From: Amoebophrya sp. A120
Taxonomy: Eukaryota > Protista > Dinoflagellata
Direction: 5' to 3'
DNA length: 64,000 nucleotides
Assembly (NCBI GenBank): GCA_905178155.1
Contig: CAJINV010000001.1
Span: 1,849,904 to 1,913,903 of the forward strand
Positions 59,630 to 64,000 of this stretch are shown here, in pieces. The notes under the pieces are model-generated. The model saw only the letters and a list, made by a program, of their open reading frames with translations, did not search any database and was not told where the DNA came from. The position numbers were made by a program, and so were the translations under genes. Positions within the stretch are counted from its first letter, which is position 1, and the number at the start of each line of letters is the position of its first letter.

Positions 59630-61014
59630 GGAGATGCTCCGGGGTGGTCGCGGTCATTGGATCCAACATTTGGTAGTTCTTGAAAGTGATAAACTACTAT
59701 CAAAAACGACCACCTCTACTTCCCTGACAAGACAGACCCTCCTTCGATTGTCCTTGTCTGGTCGCCTTGTACTTGTTTTTACGACCTAGGTAGTGCTTCG
59801 AACTACTAGAACAGAACTCTACTATAATGGGTCGGGTAGTTTTGTGCTACAAAATGCAAATTGATTCCCTCGTCGTGCAGATTGAAAAAGAAAACAGACC
59901 AAAAAAAAACTAACGGTCATACATAATACTTATTCGACTCTTCTGCATCGTCTACCTTAACAGAAAATGAGCGCGCCTCGGATCTCCACGAACAAGGTCG
60001 TGCTCATTCAGCGTTCTTTCTTCTTGATGTAAGTAGTTTTGATACTTTTATTCCGATGTCCTGTCTTGAAAATCAATAGGATTGACAGTGACAGTACTAT
60101 CTACAGAGAGCGGCTTTGATTCGATTTTGCAAACGAGATGCAGTCGCGTTTTCGAAACAAAGTAGTTGCGGAGTGGAGATAAGTACAATCGTGGTCTTTT
60201 TTCAGTTCTTTTTTCGACTTGCAATTTTTGTTGCGAATAAAGTTCGTCTTTGTTGTAGTGAGCCGCTTTCTTTATGAGATGTTCAAATGGACGAGCCAAC
60301 ATCTCAACTACATCTCCAAATCCAACACAAGCTACTCAACATCGCTCTCCTCACAAGTTGCAAACAACAACTCTTTGACATATGAAGATCGAACAGCTGA
60401 TCATGGTATAAGCATCGTGCTGTTGGCGTGTCACTGTCGACGTTCGCGCGTCTTTCTTGCTCTTGCACTTTTTTTTTTGTGTACACTACCACTGTGTTAC
60501 GCGTCTCAACAGGCATTTACCACGAGATAAATCAGTATTGATTCATTTTCATTTTCATTGTTTTTCTCGGCATTACTAAATCTCTATGATGTACAAAAAT
60601 GTGAGACCTTAATCTTTCTACAAACCTCCCATGCGCGCGGGTCGGAGGACAACGTGACATGGACAACATGCATGCTGCTTCATAGCAGGAAAATGGATTC
60701 TTTTTTAGCATTTACATTTTACTTCATAAATTTTTTGGTCGCTTCTTCAAATTCGCGATTTGAAGCACAGTCGGGGTAGAAGGCTGGGTGGAGTATACGA
60801 CTGAGATAAAGGGTGGAAGTATGCGTATTATTAAACTCGTTTTACTTTTAAGTAAGGGGGTATTTTCCGCTCTACAGGCAAGCTAAGAATTTCGATTAGG
60901 TCGTCATCTACGGGGTATACGTAGGGCTCGTCGGGGTCCGGCATTTAAAAGAGGCATTTGCAACATCAAGCGAAAAAAAACTCAAAAAAACATAGGCCAT
61001 TTACTATTCAACAT

Positions 61015-64000
61015 CTAGTGGCTGGTGCTTTGTTGCGAGGTCAAATTTCCGACTGGTGTCAGCACCTGCACGCCAGCAAGCGTTAGCGGCAGAAACAGGG
61101 TTTCCTTCATGTCTGACACTTTTAAAAAGTTTCCTTCCACCGTGCCCCGCACGATCGTGTTCCAGTTGGCGATCTTGCTTGTCTGGTCTGCCAAGCCGTC
61201 GCTCGGCGCTTTCCGGTACGCGACCCCGGAAAGCTTAAGATTGTCTTTCGTGTTATCTGCGCTTCGGAGATGTGAATGGTCCACTCGAAAAAGACGAATT
61301 TGTTTCGTCGAATGAGATGCTGGTGTGGGGGCGACAAGGGTTGTAGTCGTGCCGGAAGACGTTCTTGCAGCGTCGATGGGTTCGGCGTGGGCAGCGACAG
61401 CAGTCGATGTTGAGTTATGCGATGTTACTGGGTAAGAAGAACTCACAGCCGCGTTGGCGTAATTGCTACCGTTCCCGACCGACTCTACGGAAATTTTTCT
61501 GACATTTACCGTGTGGCTGTTCACACTCTCCGTGCGGCTTGGCGGCAGGAAAGGCTGAGGTTGGTGATGATTTTTAACCGGCGCGAGTGATCTTGGGGTC
61601 ACAAGAGCGCTGGAAGCTTTGAAGTTGTTCGAACCAGCAGCCAGACTTGCAAACGCAGGGAGCTGGAATGTTGACGGCGCCAGCTTCTGCTGGTGACCAC
61701 TGCTTGGTTGTTGTACTATTGGTGGATCGACCTGCTGGTGGATCACGCTCTTGCGCTGACTATCCGACAGCCGGCCGGAAACAGGGTGGACGACACCTAG
61801 AAGATGTAACAGTGACGACGTACACAACGTATAATTTCGATTTATCAGAATATGCACCTGATGAATCCTATTCTGATTGGCCTTGGCAGTCTAGGATCAG
61901 AAAAACAACCCGTGGGTGATGTGAGCAACATGCAAAATGAAGTGTGGTAGAAGATGTGGACGTGACATCTGACATCGTTCATTCTGAAAAAACAACGCGA
62001 AAAATCAGTACCTCCTCCTTGTTCCGTCCGAACGTTATGCACTTCGAAAACTATTTTTGGCTCTTGTGGTACGGCAGCGGATGCCACGGTCACTGGCGCT
62101 AGTGCTCGGCTAGTTTTCGCAAGCACGCCCGGCGCAGGACCTTGCTTGACCATCGTCTGAGGAGGCTCAACGTTCGTAGAGACCGCACTTGCTTTCACAT
62201 TGACCACAGAAGATACGGATGTGTGGTTCCGGGTAGTGATGATTGGTGCAGCGCCCTTAGTTGTTGTACCGGTAGATGATCCTATCGCCTGAACAACCGG
62301 CACCGCAATCGGTTTGAAATGATTTTGCAGGGAGAACACGGGATATTGCTTTATTTGTCCAGCTCCCTGATGCGTCGAGGATCCATTTGACAGAGACCGA
62401 TCCCGCTGCGCCCCCGCGGACATGGCGCGCGGGGCGCTCTGCGGGGAAATCAAAACGCGGGGGCTTAGTGGCTGCCAGGCTGGGACGGAAATTTGCTTCG
62501 TATTCTGGACCGCTCGTCCTCGCGAAGAGGATGCAATTGTGTTCCGCAAACCAGTCAATGCAAAGCCGGAGGTAGCTTGTTGTTGTGTCGCCCCTCCACC
62601 TTTCGAACAAGTGTCATCGGTTTTATTGGTCGTGTTGAGTACCGATACCTGCCCTGTTTTCCGGAACAGCGTCTTCGCAGGGAAATCGTCCGAATCCATC
62701 GGACTTTTAGCCTTGTACAGTCTGGGTTGCGGCTCGCTCTGGTTTTGCACTCGCCGAACGGAAGACTTGACGATGATTTTCTCTGGTGGCTGCTTCATGG
62801 CACGCGACGCTGACGAAAACGCTTTTGCAGCCGTCGAACCGGAACCTGTGTTGTTACTACCGGTCGCCATAACATCACCAGGCGACTGCGGTTTCGATAT
62901 CCCAATCTGCTTATCGCCGAGACTAACGCGGTTGGGACTTCGGTGGGCGCCCCCGCTGGCGTTCTTTTTGTTGGAAACCGGAGAACTACGAGAAGTCGTC
63001 GCGTTTCTGTTCTTCATCCCCGCCGGGCTGTCGTTTGGTCCGTTTTTACCTGCACCACCGAAACCGAAAGACGGTGTCTCCGTCATTCTATTCGTTCCGG
63101 TTGTTGTCGACGATTTCTTCTTCGGCTTCGGACTTTCGAGCAGAAACTTCTTCCCGGGAGATTGTTTCATTCCAGTTTTCGTTTTCCCTCCGCCAGCTGC
63201 TGCTCCTGCACCGGCTGTTGTACCCCCTGCAGCGACGCGAACAGTTGTGACTCTACCCGTGCTCAGCGTCGCTGTCGCCACACCAGATACAGAACGCCGC
63301 ACGTGGTTGCTGGCTTTCGCTATGCTGACAGCTGCTGTGGTTTTGTTCAAACTGGAGGCGGGCTGCTCGTCCACCAATTTTTTCAAATTTCCCACCCCAG
63401 CAGCTCCACTTGTCATGATTTGTTGTCGACGTGTAGCTGCTGCTGCTGCTGCTGTTCCCGCAGCTCCTATTCCTCCCCGAACATCAAGTAGTTGCGAAGG
63501 ACCACCACCCATCCGTAGCCCAGTTGAGGTTTCCAATGGGGAGGTTGCGCGCTTTTTACTGGAGACATTAACTCGTGTCGTGGGCGCCATCGCGGAATTA
63601 CTCCTGGTTGAAGAAAGAATCTCCAGTCTCGGCGACCGCAACTCGTAACTGTTTCGCGACGACCGGTTGCTCTCCCAGGTGATCCACGCTTTCTGTTTCG
63701 TGTTCTCGAGCATGGCTTTCACCTTCTGGTTGTTCGCCAACGCATTTCGGGATTTCGACTCTATGGTTTTCGCAATTATCGTCGTGCCGGTCTGCGCGGT
63801 TTCGTGGATCAATTGTTGTTTATTCATCATTTCGACCACACCAGTCAACCGGTTATTTCGGGTGCTGGAAATCAAGACCGGCGACGTACTGCGAGAGGAC
63901 TTTAAATGTAATCCCGCCGGCGCATTTATTGCAGCGCTATTTGATGTTGTCACGTTGTTCTTGTTTTTTCCAGCCCCGCCAGAACTACCAATCAGCAGCT
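61015..64000 (-). CDS. S/T/A-rich low-complexity protein with small C-terminal beta domain; 5' end probably beyond the window
   Basis: ORFs 61845..63953 and 61015..61857 separated by an apparent GT-AG intron (~61797-62011); terminal GVAYRK...NWNTIVRG...FLKV...FLPL...GVQVL. Confidence 0.65.

Overview
Eukaryotic, gene-dense DNA in which every recognisable protein gene (about 15) lies on the minus strand. The architecture (unidirectional gene cluster, non-canonical repetitive introns, dinoflagellate spliced-leader-like motifs) points to a dinoflagellate-lineage parasite such as Amoebophrya (Syndiniales); this assignment is inference. Recognisable products: RNase H2 subunit A, two glycosyltransferases (GT32/DXD and GT-A-like), a pepsin-like protein lacking catalytic Asp motifs, an SH3/coiled-coil protein, an UNC-93-like MFS transporter, an alpha/beta-hydrolase, a CDV3-like protein and an ApaH-like metallophosphoesterase. 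Genes are interrupted by 24 short (109-481 bp) introner-type elements; 23 mostly have TA...TA ends, terminal inverted repeats (TIRs) and 5-bp direct repeats (DRs), and in nearly all cases removing the element plus one DR restores the reading frame, in either element orientation. Less expected: (i) four 1.1-1.8 kb insertions in coding exons flanked by long 28-70 bp direct repeats, three of them stacked in one ~90-bp spot of RNase H2A; (ii) one of these carries a tandem array of spliced-leader-RNA-like genes with a conserved -40 box next to a 305-bp branched palindrome; (iii) a retro-like fragment nested inside an introner. Coordinates were read by eye; gene ends are approximate.
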